Positions 1 through 10,583 are shown, counted from the stretch's first letter. The stretch: 64,000 bases of DNA from Roseibacillus sp. (GCA_051251855.1 JBPOGI010000005.1:294742-358741), one strand, 5' to 3'. Notes: generated by a model from the letters alone, not told the origin. Translations and numbers: made by a program.

Positions 1-1086
1 CTCGGCGCGGAGGATGGTTTTGACCTCGCGGGGGGACCAGGTGCGTTTGGCGAGGAGAGAGTCGAAGGTGAAGGGGCGGTTGTCGACGAGGTGGGAACCT
101 TCGCTGAGGTGATGCTCGTGGTCGCACTGTTGTTCGAGGATTTCGTAGGCGGCGCGGAGGACGTGTTGGCGGGCAACTTTTTGGCGAAGCCTTTTTTGCC
201 GCAAGGCTCGGGGGAGGACGCCGCGCGCGGGGGCGAAGAACATGCTGGCGAGAAAGAGGGTGGCGGCGACGAGGACGATGAGGGCTCCGGCAGGAAGGTT
301 GGCGTAGAGTGCGCTCACGGTGGCACCGAGCCAGCCGCTGAGAGCTCCGAAGACGCCCGATAGAATGGCCATGTGCTTGAGGTCGTTGGTCCAGAAGCGC
401 GCGGTGGTGGGAGGGGTGATGAGGAAGGCGATGATGAGAATGAGTCCCACCGATTGCAGTCCAATCACGGTGACGGCGGTGACGAGGCCGAGGAGGGCGA
501 TGTCTAACAGAATCGCGGGCCAACCTTGGGAAGCGGCGAAACCGTCGTCGAAGCAGAGGAGGGTGAACTCTTTGAAGAGGAGAATGGTTGTGATTGAAAT
601 CGCGGCGGAGACGATGGTGATGAGGATAAAGTCGCTCATCACAATGGAGGCAGGCTGACCGTAGATGAAGGACTCGAGACCGGCGGCGCTAGCCCCAGGG
701 ATTTCGGAAACCATGGAGAGAAGGGCGATTCCGAGACCGAAGAAAACTGAGAGGACGAGACCCATGGCGACGTCATCGCGAAGTCGGGTGGTGCGACGAA
801 TGGCGAGCATGAGAAGAACCCCGAGCACGCCGGAGACGGTGGCTCCGAAGAGAAGGCCGGGGAGGGACTTGCCATCGAGGCCCCAACTGACCATGAGTCC
901 GAAGGCGATGGCGATGCCAGGGAGGGTGGCGTGGGAGAGAGCGTCGCCCATGAGGGAGCGCTTTCGAAGGAGAAGAAAGGAGCCAACCAGACCAGTCGCA
1001 ATACCCAAGATGGTCGTCGAGAGGACGACGATGCGGGTATTGTAGTTTTGGAGGGAGAGGATTTCCCAGAGGTCGGCGAGGTTCAT
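1..1086 (-). CDS. Mn/Zn/Fe ABC transporter permease (TroC/YtgC-like) with C-terminal extension resembling a fused DtxR/MntR repressor; 3' end runs off the window
   Basis: Not in the ORF track; hand-translated from ATG 1086: MNLADLWEILSLQNYNTRIVVLSTTILGIATGLVGSFLLLRKRSLMGDALSHATLPGIA (ABC-3 permease motif). After the TM region it continues into soluble ...RQHVLRAAYEILEQQ...LAKRTWSPREVKTILRAE. Confidence 0.85.
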   Translation of the reverse strand, partial: MNLADLWEILSLQNYNTRIVVLSTTILGIATGLVGSFLLLRKRSLMGDALSHATLPGIAIAFGLMVSWGLDGKSLPGLLFGATVSGVLGVLLMLAIRRTTRLRDDVAMGLVLSVFFGLGIALLSMVSEIPGASAAGLESFIYGQPASIVMSDFILITIVSAAISITTILLFKEFTLLCFDDGFAASQGWPAILLDIALLGLVTAVTVIGLQSVGLILIIAFLITPPTTARFWTNDLKHMAILSGVFGALSGWLGATVSALYANLPAGALIVLVAATLFLASMFFAPARGVLPRALRQKRLRQKVARQHVLRAAYEILEQQCDHEHHLSEGSHLVDNRPFTFDSLLAKRTWSPREVKTILRAE

Positions 1087-1133
1087 CGGTTTATGAGGGG
1101 CAGTAGGACAAGGACAGGAATGTCCTTGCTCCG

Positions 1134-1961
1134 TTATTTTCCGATCGATTGCAGGGCTTGGACGGCTTGGTTGAGAAGGTTGAGTTGTCCGCCGTAGGTT
1201 TTTTCGAGGTTCTCGGGAGTGAAGGTTTCAGCAGTGGGTCCGGAGGCGACGACGCGCATGTTGAGGAGGATGACCCAGTCGAAGTACTTAGCAACGGTTG
1301 CGAGGTCGTGGTGAACGACGAGGCAGGTTTTTCCTTGGCTGTTGAGTTTCTGCAGGAGTTTGACGATCGCTTGCTCGGTGGCGGCATCGACGGCGGCGAA
1401 GGGTTCGTCCATGAAATAGAGCTGGGCGTCTTGGGCGAGGGCTCGGGCAAGAAAGACTCGCTGTTGTTGGCCTCCAGAAAGTTGGGAGATTTGGCGGTCG
1501 GCGAGGTCGCCGATGCCGACTTGTTCGAGGGCGTAGCGAGCGAGGTCCCGTTCCCGCTTACTCACGCGCTTGAGCCAACCGAGTTTGCGGTAGGTGCCCA
1601 TCGCTACGACGTCGAGGGCGCTCACGGGAAAATCCCAGTCGACGCTTTCGCGTTGGGGGACATAGCCGACGAGATGGCGCTGGTCTTTGTAGGGCTCGCC
1701 ATAGATGGCGACTTCGCCTGAGGTGCGGGGAATGAGTTCGAGGCAGGCCTTCAGAAGGGTGGACTTGCCAGCGCCATTGGGTCCCACGATACCGACGAGT
1801 TTACCGTCGGGGATATCGAGGTCGACATCCCAGAGAACTGGCTTGCGATGATAGGCGACGGTGAGGTCGTGAACGGAGAGGGGATGTCCTGATGGGTGGT
1901 CAGAGAGGCCTTCACCAACTGCGTCGCCAGCGGGCGACATCTTCTTGAAGAGTTTGCTCAT
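1134..1961 (-). CDS. Metal ABC transporter ATP-binding protein (TroB/MntB-like)
   Basis: Walker A GPNGAGKS, signature [28 protein letters not shown] typical of Mn/Zn importers. Confidence 0.95.
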   Translation of the reverse strand: MSKLFKKMSPAGDAVGEGLSDHPSGHPLSVHDLTVAYHRKPVLWDVDLDIPDGKLVGIVGPNGAGKSTLLKACLELIPRTSGEVAIYGEPYKDQRHLVGYVPQRESVDWDFPVSALDVVAMGTYRKLGWLKRVSKRERDLARYALEQVGIGDLADRQISQLSGGQQQRVFLARALAQDAQLYFMDEPFAAVDAATEQAIVKLLQKLNSQGKTCLVVHHDLATVAKYFDWVILLNMRVVASGPTAETFTPENLEKTYGGQLNLLNQAVQALQSIGK

Positions 1962-1963
1962 CG

Positions 1964-2941
1964 TTACTGGGAGAGTTTGCCGAGTCGGCCCTTCTCGGGA
2001 GCGGTGCCTCCCAGAGCGCGGGTGATGGTGGTGACGTTGTGGTCAATCATGCCGAGGTAGGTGCCTTGGTAGGTTCCGGTGGGGCCCATGGCGTCGGAAA
2101 AGAGTTCGCCACCGATGGTGACTTGATGGCCGCGTGCCTTGGCTCCTTCGATGAGGGCGCGCACGTTTTGATCGGAGACCGAGCTTTCCACGAAGACAGC
2201 GGGAATCTTTCGCTCCACAAGGTGGTCTACAAGGTTCTCGATGTCTTTGACGCCGGCTTCTGATTCGGTGGAGATGCCTTGAATCCCCTTCACTTCGATT
2301 CCGTATCTACGCCCGAGGTAGCCAAAAGCATCGTGAGCGGTTACGAGAACGCGCTGTTTCTTGGGAATGGTTGCGAAGGACTTGCGGGCGTATTCATCAA
2401 GAGCTTCGAGTTCATGAAGGTAGTCTTTGGAACTCATATAGTACCTCTCGGCATGATCGGGATCGAATTTGCTCAGAGCTTGGATGACGGTCTCGGTCAC
2501 TTGGAACCAAGCGGTGACATCCATCCAGATGTGGGGATCGGGATGAGCGGTTCCACCCAGAAGGAAATCGTCCTCCTTCGCAAGGTCACGGGTGACGGCG
2601 ATGACCGGCTTACCATTTTTTTCCATCTTCAAGAGGACGTCTTCCATCTTTCCTTCGAGCTTTAGTCCGTTAAAGAAGATCATGTCGGCGCCACTGAGAG
2701 AAACGAGATCCTTGCGAGTGGGCTTGTAGAGATGGGGGTCGATTCCCTCGCCGATGAGTCCAGTGACTTCAACGTTGTCGGTGCCGACTTGACGAATGAC
2801 GTCTGCAATCATTCCGGTGGTGGCAGTGATTGGCATGGGATGCTGTGAGGGTCCCGTAGCGGCATCTTGCTCTGCTTTTCGACAGGAAGGAAGAAAGAAG
2901 GAGCCGAGCAAAACCAAGGCGATGATGTTTTTTGAGAACAT
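1964..2941 (-). CDS. Metal ABC transporter substrate-binding lipoprotein (TroA/MntA-like)
   Basis: Lipoprotein signal ending in Cys; metal-ligand motifs DPHLY, DPHIW, AHDAF, LFSDAMG. Confidence 0.95.
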   Translation of the reverse strand: MFSKNIIALVLLGSFFLPSCRKAEQDAATGPSQHPMPITATTGMIADVIRQVGTDNVEVTGLIGEGIDPHLYKPTRKDLVSLSGADMIFFNGLKLEGKMEDVLLKMEKNGKPVIAVTRDLAKEDDFLLGGTAHPDPHIWMDVTAWFQVTETVIQALSKFDPDHAERYYMSSKDYLHELEALDEYARKSFATIPKKQRVLVTAHDAFGYLGRRYGIEVKGIQGISTESEAGVKDIENLVDHLVERKIPAVFVESSVSDQNVRALIEGAKARGHQVTIGGELFSDAMGPTGTYQGTYLGMIDHNVTTITRALGGTAPEKGRLGKLSQ

Positions 2942-2949
2942 AGGGAATT

Positions 2950-2965
2950 ATTAGTCTTGGCTAAT
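2950..2965. promoter_or_regulatory. Putative DtxR/MntR/TroR-family operator
   Basis: Inverted repeat ATTAGTC-TT-GGCTAAT, 8 nt upstream of the TroA-like start codon. Confidence 0.6.
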
Positions 2966-3149
2966 TTTAATAGCAAGAGAAAACTCTCCTGCGGGGCGAG
3001 TAAGGAGAGTTGTTCTTGTTATGTGCACTCGCTAGCTTGTGGATTAGGTTCTTAGTTGGTGAGAAAAATACAAAACAAGTGTTTATCACCTAAGAGCGAT
3101 TTTGACTTGTGCGAAGGCCCGATTTAGGTTATTGGCTCGGTTCAAGCCA

Positions 3150-3638
3150 ATGTATTTGACACGAAACGAAGCCGAAAACTGCTACATGGTCCGCATCATG
3201 AGGCAGGGGAAAATGTATCAAAAGAATTTCTCCAAGAAAAAGTGCGGAGGATGGGGAAAAGCGAAAAAAGCGGCCGCGGAGTGGCGCGATGAGCAGCTTA
3301 AGATTCTTCCTCCTCGGATGATGAACGCCGAAGGGCGGATGTCTTCTCGTAACCAATCTGGAGTTGTAGGAGTGACCCTTTCTTGCGCGACATTTGATCG
3401 TGAGGGAGCTAATAGCGAATATTGGAGTTGGAAGGCGAAATGGCCTGGATGCGGATTTGCTGGTGGTATCGGTTGGTCTGTTAAGAAGTATGGCGAAGAT
3501 GATGCCTTTGCTCTCGCGGTGCTTTCACGCGAGTTGCGCACTATCGACCGTGACGTAATCTTGAAGCGCCTCAAGAGATTGAAAGGGTCCAAGAAGCTTC
3601 AAAAAATCTACGATACCCGTCTGATCGAGCTTGAGTAG
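3150..3638 (+). CDS. Basic protein with two AP2-like DNA-binding repeats
   Basis: YMVRIMRQGKMYQKNFSKKKCGGWGKAKKAAAEWRDEQL, then NQSGVVGV...WKAKW...WSVKKYGEDDAFALAV; ATG 3150 preferred over TTG 3102. Confidence 0.7.
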   Translation: MYLTRNEAENCYMVRIMRQGKMYQKNFSKKKCGGWGKAKKAAAEWRDEQLKILPPRMMNAEGRMSSRNQSGVVGVTLSCATFDREGANSEYWSWKAKWPGCGFAGGIGWSVKKYGEDDAFALAVLSRELRTIDRDVILKRLKRLKGSKKLQKIYDTRLIELE

Positions 3639-3665
3639 AGGCTCCGGTTCCATTTTTTATAATCT

Positions 3666-3698
3666 GAAAAGCCACGGGTCAGTACTCGTGGCTTTTTT
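3666..3698 (+). terminator. Intrinsic terminator, possibly bidirectional
   Basis: GAAAAGCCACGGGT-CAGT-ACTCGTGGCTTTTTT. Confidence 0.85.
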
Positions 3699-3746
3699 CG
3701 TGAAAGGGAGAGTCGTCTTTTGTTTGTGCTAACTTAGGATGACGGG

Positions 3747-4592
3747 GTGTCCTATTGGTTAATTTTTCTTTTGTTTTTTGCGTTTCCTCTTGGGGGAAGT
3801 GAACTGCGGGTCGCTACCTTCAATGTTCGCTATGATGCTAAGGGCGATCGTGACGAACGAGATTGGCGAGCTCGTCGCGAGTTGGTGAGCGAAGCCATTT
3901 CACTGATGTATCCTGATGTCTTAGGGTTGCAGGAGGTGCTTCATGGGCAGTTGGAGGATCTTCGGAAGGCGCATCCTGAATTTGTGATATTGGGGGTTGC
4001 TCGAGATGATGGTCGAGAGAAGGGGGAGTATTCGCCTCTTCTCTTTCGAAAGGACCGCTTTGGTCTGGATAATGCGGAAAGTGGCACCTTTTGGTTGTCA
4101 GGTAAGCCCGAGGAGCCGGGTTCAGTGACTTGGGGGAATGCCTGTACGCGGGTTTGTTCATGGGCCCGTCTCGTAGAAAAGAAGACGGGGAGAGGGATTT
4201 ATGTTTTCAATACCCATTGGGATCATAAGGGGGCGCTTTCACGAGAGAGGTCTGCGCAGTTGATTCTTGGGCGCATCGCAAAACGGATTCATCCGAAAGA
4301 GGCGGTTATTCTAATGGGGGACTTTAATGCCAGCGAATTGAGTCCGGAGATTCAGCTAGTGGTGACTGATAAGAAGGTGGATTTGCGCAATAGCTTTCTC
4401 GTTGTGAATCCTAACGAGCCGGTCAAAGGGACTTTTAATGGATGGGATCTTGAGCGAGTGAAGGGGGCCATGATCGACCATGTTTTCGTGAATTTGAACC
4501 TCAAGGTGAAGTCTGCAGCGATTATACGGCATCATCGAGAGGGAGTGGTGCCATCGGATCATTTTCCGGTTTTGACAGTTTGTGAATGGTAA
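3747..4592 (+). CDS. Secreted endonuclease/exonuclease/phosphatase (EEP) family protein
   Basis: Signal peptide; ATFNVR, GLQEV, NTHWDH, GDFNA, IDHVF, SDHFPV. Confidence 0.92.
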   Translation: MSYWLIFLLFFAFPLGGSELRVATFNVRYDAKGDRDERDWRARRELVSEAISLMYPDVLGLQEVLHGQLEDLRKAHPEFVILGVARDDGREKGEYSPLLFRKDRFGLDNAESGTFWLSGKPEEPGSVTWGNACTRVCSWARLVEKKTGRGIYVFNTHWDHKGALSRERSAQLILGRIAKRIHPKEAVILMGDFNASELSPEIQLVVTDKKVDLRNSFLVVNPNEPVKGTFNGWDLERVKGAMIDHVFVNLNLKVKSAAIIRHHREGVVPSDHFPVLTVCEW

Positions 4593-4620
4593 TGGAATTC
4601 GGCAACGCTATTTTAAGGAG

Positions 4621-5358
4621 ATGAAAACGTTCGTGAGTCTGCTGTTGATTGTGGGGGCTTTGGTCGCAATGGGCGAAGAGGAGAAGTTTGTTCATCTTGG
4701 GAAAAGCTTTCGAGTGTTTCGAGCCCAGCCTGAGGAGATACGTTTGGTTTGGGCGCGTGAGGATGGTAAGCCGCTGTTTACGTTTCGAGCCGCTTTTGAA
4801 AGCCTCGTAAAGGAAGGGAATGAAGTGGCAATGTTAACGAATGGAGGGATTTTCGAGCCGAGGCAGATTCCATCGGGATACTATGTGGAGAGAGGGCAGG
4901 TTCAGCGTCCCCTCAATCTGAAACCCGGGAAGGGAAATTTCTTTCTCAAACCGAACGGGGTCTTTTTTATTAAGAAGGAAGGAGCGGTGTTTTCCGCGGG
5001 AGTGGTCGAGACTAGCGTTCTTGCGAAGTGGTCGCAGGAGGAGAAGAGTAAGGTTTGGTATGGAGTGCAGTCGGGACCTGCTTTGTTGTTAGATGGTAGA
5101 ACTCATCAGGCATTCAATCGTCCTTCAAAGAGTGAATTGTTGCGCAATGGGGTGGGAGTGACCGGAAATGGTGAGGTTGTGTTCGTGATTACGGAAAGAG
5201 GATCGGATGTCAATCTGTGGACTTTTGCTGACTGCTTTCGGGCTTTGGGTTGTGAGAATGCGCTCTTTCTTGATGGTGACATTTCACAGATGAAAGTGAA
5301 TCCCGTAGCAGGGGTGAAGGGGCACGGTTTCGCGACCATGTTTGGGGTGGTGCGATAG
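4621..5358 (+). CDS. Phosphodiester glycosidase (NAGPA/YigE-like) family protein
   Basis: AAGGAG directly before ATG 4621; NGGIF, GNFFLKPNGVF, QSGPAL, RNGVG, ALFLDGDIS. Confidence 0.85.
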   Translation: MKTFVSLLLIVGALVAMGEEEKFVHLGKSFRVFRAQPEEIRLVWAREDGKPLFTFRAAFESLVKEGNEVAMLTNGGIFEPRQIPSGYYVERGQVQRPLNLKPGKGNFFLKPNGVFFIKKEGAVFSAGVVETSVLAKWSQEEKSKVWYGVQSGPALLLDGRTHQAFNRPSKSELLRNGVGVTGNGEVVFVITERGSDVNLWTFADCFRALGCENALFLDGDISQMKVNPVAGVKGHGFATMFGVVR

Positions 5359-5373
5359 CTGGGTTCGAGTTCT

Positions 5374-8300
5374 CTATTCGACACGCAGGCGGAGGAAGCG
5401 TTTTACGGCTCCGGCTGGGACGGTGGCTTCGATAAACTCACGGGTAGGCTCGTCGATGGTGACTTCGCTAGTCACGCCTACGGTGGACCAACTGTTGGCT
5501 TGCAGGGTTTCGGACCATTCTACGATGCCGGAGATGTCGGTGGCGGACTTTAGGTGCCAGAAGCCAAGTTTGGTTTCCCCTGAATCGAGAATGAGGCAGG
5601 GTGTAATCTCGGGGTTGCTACTGTCTGCGTCGCCATCAAGGTAGTATTCTAACAAGTTGGCGAGACCGTCACCATCGGGGTCGGAGAGCACGTTGGTGTC
5701 GGTGACGTTTTGTCCTGCAATCCAAGTGGAGTAGCCGCCATTGGAAATGACTTCGAGGGTGAAGCTGAAGGAGACGACTTCCGAGAACGAGTTGTAGCGC
5801 TCGATGGTTAGAGGATATGTCGTAAGAGCTGCGGCATTGGTGGCTGAACCTGAAATGATGCCGGTGGTTTCGTCAAGAGTGAGGCCGTCGGGTAGGGTTC
5901 CGCTAGCGAGCCGGAAGAGGGCGGGTGCGTTGAAGGCTCCGCTGCGTAAGTCGGCGATGAATCCGGTGTTGGCAGGATTGTTGCCAGCGGCAGGGGTCAC
6001 GCCCTCGAGGGTTTCTTCATCATCTGTGACGGTAACGGCGAAAGTGCCATCGGTGAAAGCTGTCGCGGAAGCCGTGATGAGGGTGTCTTGATTGCCATCA
6101 GAAAGAGTGTCGTCTACAGCATCGATTGGGAAGGTGGCGCTGAGCTCGCTGGCGAGAATAGTAACCGATGTCGGAACGGTCGCGGCGGTGGGGTCGGAGC
6201 TGGTGAGGGTAATGATGAGGTCGCTGCTTTGTGCTTCTGCGATAGTGATGGTGCCAGTGGCAGCCATTGTGCCTGCGTTCTCGGAGAAGCTGGTGGGGGA
6301 AACGGTGAGTCCGATGCTATCGGGACCGCCCCCAATGCCGGCCGTGATTTCCAGCTTATCGAGTTGAATATTGCCCGAGACCTTGTCTTCGTAGCGGAAG
6401 CGAATGAAGCGGGCGCTGGCGGAAGGGGTTTCCGTGTAGGCGGTGTCAGCTGTTGATTGGTCGGTAATGGTGCGCAGAGGACTATAGGTGGTGTTGTCAG
6501 TGGATTCTTCAACGATGAAGGTGCCGGTGGTGGTAGGTTGACCTCCGGTGTTTCCTTTGAGCTGAAAGTTCAGGGAACCAGCGGCAGAATCGAATTCCAC
6601 GGTGAATTCGTCGCCATCACCATCAAACTTGGCTGAACCAGTCACTGTGTCGCCACCAAGACTAGAGCCATAAGTGCTCATTCCTGAACTTGTGAAGTAA
6701 GGGGGAAGGCTGCCCCAGTCTCCTCCGAAGATGATGGGTAAACTGGTGGCAACTCTTGGTCCACGTAAAGAACGGGCGATGGTGGAGGTGGTGGTTTGCC
6801 AGAAGCTAGCCAAGCTGGCATCGGGTTCGCTACTGCCTGAGTAGTAGACCGAGGTGCCGGAGCCGACGGAACCAAGACTTGGGCTAGGGCTAAACTGATT
6901 TCCGTAGGAGAATGCGGCGACTTGGGCGTCGCTGGCGTCGGAAAGGATAACGGCGTCACCTCCGTTGCCATAGCCGGGCCAGTTCCCAGTGAAGAGGGCG
7001 GCGTCGTTGCTCGCAACCACCATGATGTTGTCTGAGTAGTCGGAGTCGTCAGCAGGGAGGAGGCTGTCTTTCGAGGAGCCGTTGTAGATTATGATAAGCG
7101 TTCCGGCAGGAACACTGTCCCACGCGGTTGCATCCGCAAAGCTAAGAGGGGCGCCGCTATTGGTGTCGCCAAGGGACCAATTGCGAAGAGATGTTTCGCT
7201 GAGAACAAGAAGTTCAACCCACTCGCTAGATCCAGAGACGCCTTGGCTGAATTCGTTGATAATGGCTTCGCGAGCTAAAGTGGATTCGCTGCCACGGAGA
7301 ACAAGTCCGGGTGCATAGCTTATGCTCTCGCCAATCGCAATCGTGCTGGGGGGGCGGGTGAGGCTATTAGTGGTAGAGGTGGTGAAGGCGGTGCTGGTGT
7401 TGACGCCGTCGTTGGCGGTGACTTGGGCGCGCCAAAGAAGTCCAGCATGAGCAGGATCGGCTGCGAGAGTGGCGCCTGTGAAGTTCGTGCTGCCCCAAGT
7501 CGCGCCATCGGAAGAGCTTTCCCAGGCATAGTTGTAGGTGAGAGATGCTCCCTCAGGGTCGTTGGCAGTGATGCCGGAAACGATCAGGTCTTCGTCGGAG
7601 AAGGCTTGGCTTGAGGGGGACAGTGTGGCGGCGGTGACCACGGGGACTTGATTGACTACTGAGAAGAGAACGATGGCCGAGGTGCGGGACTCGCCTTCGC
7701 TATCAAGAGCAACGGCGGTGAGGCTGTGACTGCCCAAGGCCGGGTTGAAGGTGAAGCTGTAGGGTGCGGTGGTATCGCTTCCGAGAGAGGTGGCGCCATC
7801 AAAGAGCTCCACGCTGGAAACGACTCCAGCGGAGCCATCGGTGGTGAGGTCGGTGGCGGTGACTGAGACAGTGACGGTTGCTCCGGGGCTAAAGACACTG
7901 TTGTTGGCAGGAGAACTGATGGCAACCGATGGTCCTGGGTTGCGCGGAGTGGCAGGGGTGCCGTGTGCGGTGAGAGTGAGGGCGGTGAGAGTGCCCGTGT
8001 CCTCTGCGGCCCCATCGGCGACGGTGACGGTCCACGTGCCGTTAGAGTCTTCACCCCAATTACGAACTGTCGAGAAGGTCCAGCCTGCGTAGTTGCCTCC
8101 GTCGTCGGTGCCTCGGGTCTCGGCGAGTTCGCTTTCGGTGCCGTTTGGTGAAGTCAGAGTGATGGCGAGGTCGCCACGAAAAGGATGAGTGGCGGTGACG
8201 GTGAGGGTGACGTGTTCACAACGAAGGTTGTCGCCATCTAGAGTAAGGTCATAGCTCACTCCGGTGGAGTTGTTGTCGGGAATGGTGAGATTGATGTTGG

Positions 8301-9978
8301 AAGCGCTGTCGCTATCGCTTTCTGCACTAACGAGGTTGGTCCAACCGTCCGAGAGGGCGACTGCTGCGGTGGCATCGGCGAGGCCCGAGCCATACTTGTG
8401 ATTGAATTCGAGGCCTGCGCCGTTGGTGATCCAATCGGAGTCGCCGGAGTCAATTTTGCTGGCAGAGGTGATCAGGATTTCTTGCACGTCGCGCCATCCT
8501 AGGGCGGGATTTTTTTCTAACATGAGAGCGACGATGCCTGCCACGGTGGGGGTAGAGGAGGAGGTGCCGCCAAAGTCGTCAGTGTAATCGCCGTTTTGAT
8601 ATCCATTGCCACCGGTACGGTCGGTAGTGGTGATGCCTAGGGCGGGGGCGTCTCCGCTGGAAGGTCCGACGACCACGAGGTTGGCTCCTGATTCGGAGTA
8701 AAAGGATTGTTGGCCTTGGCTGTTAGAAGCTCCTACTGAGATGGTGTGAATGTCGTTGGCATAGCCGTCGTAGTTCGAGTTGTCGTCATTTTCGAGACCG
8801 TTTCCACCTGCCCATAAGATGATGTTACCGAGTCCGTTACGTCCGGTGGTGGCGGCGTTGGCAAGGGAGGCGCGAGTGAGGGAGCCCGGACCATCAATGG
8901 CACCCGAGTCATCGGGACCCCACGAGTTAGATTTAATTTCGATCAGGTCGGGGAGATAGGAGAGAGCGTCTGCTTCTTGACTATCAGTGGTGCCTGCCGC
9001 GATGAGGCGCATACCGACGAGAGTGGCCTCGGGAGCACTGCCAGAGACGCCAAGGTTGTTATTCCCAACGGCAGCAGCATTACCGGCACAAGCTGTTCCG
9101 TGGTCGTCATCAGCCTGTGGTTCGGGGCTGTTGTCGTTTCCGTTCCAATCAAAGTCATTCGCGGTATCGACATTGGCTGCCAAATCGGGGTGGGCGGTTT
9201 GAAGTCCGTCGTCGACGATTCCAATGCGGATACCATGCCCGCGTACGCCGCCGGTTCCTCCATAAAGCCAAGCATCTTCAACGTTGATGTCGCTCCCTGA
9301 TGATGCGGATCCTGAAGTCTTCAGGTGCCATTGGTCGTTTATGAGGGTGTCGTTGGGAAGGGCCTTTTTGCTGCGTTGGATGGCGAGCTGCACTTCGGCT
9401 TCTTTCACCCCGGGGGCAATACGAAGACCTTCGAGTGCGGCAAGTGCGGCCAAAGGATCCTTTGCTGAGACCACGGCGTGATTGGGTGCATAGGATGGCT
9501 GTTCCTTGAGGGTGATCCCTTTTGGCAGAGCTGGCACCGTCTTTTCTTGGGTGAGTTCGATGGTGAGGTCGCGGGTGACGATGCGTCGATTGGCAAGATT
9601 TTGCTCGCGCCCTTTTTGATAGCAAACGGGAACAACGGGATTTTCCTTTTTGAGAGTAGAGAGGCGTGAAGCGAGAGTGTGAATGGTGGCGGGAGGGTCA
9701 AGTTTCAGCGTAATATCTTTTCCTTCGGGGAGGCGCTCGACCGCTTCGTCAAGAGCGAGAATGAATTCGGTCTCTTGTCCTTGATGCTTGGTGGTGAAGG
9801 TGGGGCCGGCGACCGCGACGTTGTTTTTCTTTTTTGTCTTTGCCACCACTGGAGTGCTGACGGTGTTTTGAGGAGGTTCACTGACAGCGTTCTCCTTGCT
9901 CTGACTACGGAGAAGACGATTGCCCGAGACGGCAAAGAGGATCAGAAGGGCAAAGAGGGGGATGAGTTTGGGTTTCAT
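5374..9978 (-). CDS. Secreted kexin/furin-like S8 protease with P-domain, Ig-like and lamin-tail-like modules
   Basis: Triad IVDDG / HGTACAG / GTSSSTP; SNSWGP, GRNGLG, WRDVQ; P-domain HPFRGDL...WGE..NGTW; IINEFSQG..EWVEL; C-terminal KRFLRLRVE. Confidence 0.93.
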   Translation of the reverse strand: MKPKLIPLFALLILFAVSGNRLLRSQSKENAVSEPPQNTVSTPVVAKTKKKNNVAVAGPTFTTKHQGQETEFILALDEAVERLPEGKDITLKLDPPATIHTLASRLSTLKKENPVVPVCYQKGREQNLANRRIVTRDLTIELTQEKTVPALPKGITLKEQPSYAPNHAVVSAKDPLAALAALEGLRIAPGVKEAEVQLAIQRSKKALPNDTLINDQWHLKTSGSASSGSDINVEDAWLYGGTGGVRGHGIRIGIVDDGLQTAHPDLAANVDTANDFDWNGNDNSPEPQADDDHGTACAGNAAAVGNNNLGVSGSAPEATLVGMRLIAAGTTDSQEADALSYLPDLIEIKSNSWGPDDSGAIDGPGSLTRASLANAATTGRNGLGNIILWAGGNGLENDDNSNYDGYANDIHTISVGASNSQGQQSFYSESGANLVVVGPSSGDAPALGITTTDRTGGNGYQNGDYTDDFGGTSSSTPTVAGIVALMLEKNPALGWRDVQEILITSASKIDSGDSDWITNGAGLEFNHKYGSGLADATAAVALSDGWTNLVSAESDSDSASNINLTIPDNNSTGVSYDLTLDGDNLRCEHVTLTVTATHPFRGDLAITLTSPNGTESELAETRGTDDGGNYAGWTFSTVRNWGEDSNGTWTVTVADGAAEDTGTLTALTLTAHGTPATPRNPGPSVAISSPANNSVFSPGATVTVSVTATDLTTDGSAGVVSSVELFDGATSLGSDTTAPYSFTFNPALGSHSLTAVALDSEGESRTSAIVLFSVVNQVPVVTAATLSPSSQAFSDEDLIVSGITANDPEGASLTYNYAWESSSDGATWGSTNFTGATLAADPAHAGLLWRAQVTANDGVNTSTAFTTSTTNSLTRPPSTIAIGESISYAPGLVLRGSESTLAREAIINEFSQGVSGSSEWVELLVLSETSLRNWSLGDTNSGAPLSFADATAWDSVPAGTLIIIYNGSSKDSLLPADDSDYSDNIMVVASNDAALFTGNWPGYGNGGDAVILSDASDAQVAAFSYGNQFSPSPSLGSVGSGTSVYYSGSSEPDASLASFWQTTTSTIARSLRGPRVATSLPIIFGGDWGSLPPYFTSSGMSTYGSSLGGDTVTGSAKFDGDGDEFTVEFDSAAGSLNFQLKGNTGGQPTTTGTFIVEESTDNTTYSPLRTITDQSTADTAYTETPSASARFIRFRYEDKVSGNIQLDKLEITAGIGGGPDSIGLTVSPTSFSENAGTMAATGTITIAEAQSSDLIITLTSSDPTAATVPTSVTILASELSATFPIDAVDDTLSDGNQDTLITASATAFTDGTFAVTVTDDEETLEGVTPAAGNNPANTGFIADLRSGAFNAPALFRLASGTLPDGLTLDETTGIISGSATNAAALTTYPLTIERYNSFSEVVSFSFTLEVISNGGYSTWIAGQNVTDTNVLSDPDGDGLANLLEYYLDGDADSSNPEITPCLILDSGETKLGFWHLKSATDISGIVEWSETLQANSWSTVGVTSEVTIDEPTREFIEATVPAGAVKRFLRLRVE

Positions 9979-10118
9979 GGGAAAGAGGCGCGGGGCTTTG
10001 TGAGCTTGGAGGAAAAGCAGTCTCCGTGCAAATCATAAGCCGGTGACGAATTTGTGAGGGAAAGTTCGTATTGGTGGCATCTTCTTAAGTCGGCAGTCCT
10101 TTATTATAAGGAGTGGGA

Positions 10119-10583
10119 CTAGCTCTGTTGCAAGGAGTCGAGAATCCCGGCACAACCATCTTCCATGATGTCGGCGACGAGTTCGAAGCCGTCTTGTTCG
10201 CCATAGTAAGGGTCGGGGACGTCGGGATTGGAGAAGTTTTCACAAAAGCTCATGAAGGGCTTCACTTTGGCGCGGTCGTCCTCGTTGCGAGCGAGCCGAA
10301 GGATGTCGCGACGATTGTCTTCGTCCATGGGAATGATGAGGTCGAAGTTGTCGAAGTCTTTCTTCGTGAATTGGCGTGCGTTGCCCGTGACCCGGATATT
10401 GCGACTCTCCAAAGTAGCGGTCATACGCGGATCGGGGCCTTTGCCAATGTGGTAGCCAGCGGTGCCGGCGGAATCGAGAGAGATACTTTTGACCCCTTCC
10501 TGTTGGAGGAGATGGCGCATGGTGTTTTCTCCGGCAGGAGAGCGACAGATGTTTCCAAGGCAGACGAAGAGGATGCGGGTCAT
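10119..10583 (-). CDS. Low molecular weight protein-tyrosine phosphatase
   Basis: VCLGNICRS P-loop, DSAGT, VPDPYYG. Confidence 0.96.
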   Translation of the reverse strand: MTRILFVCLGNICRSPAGENTMRHLLQQEGVKSISLDSAGTAGYHIGKGPDPRMTATLESRNIRVTGNARQFTKKDFDNFDLIIPMDEDNRRDILRLARNEDDRAKVKPFMSFCENFSNPDVPDPYYGEQDGFELVADIMEDGCAGILDSLQQS

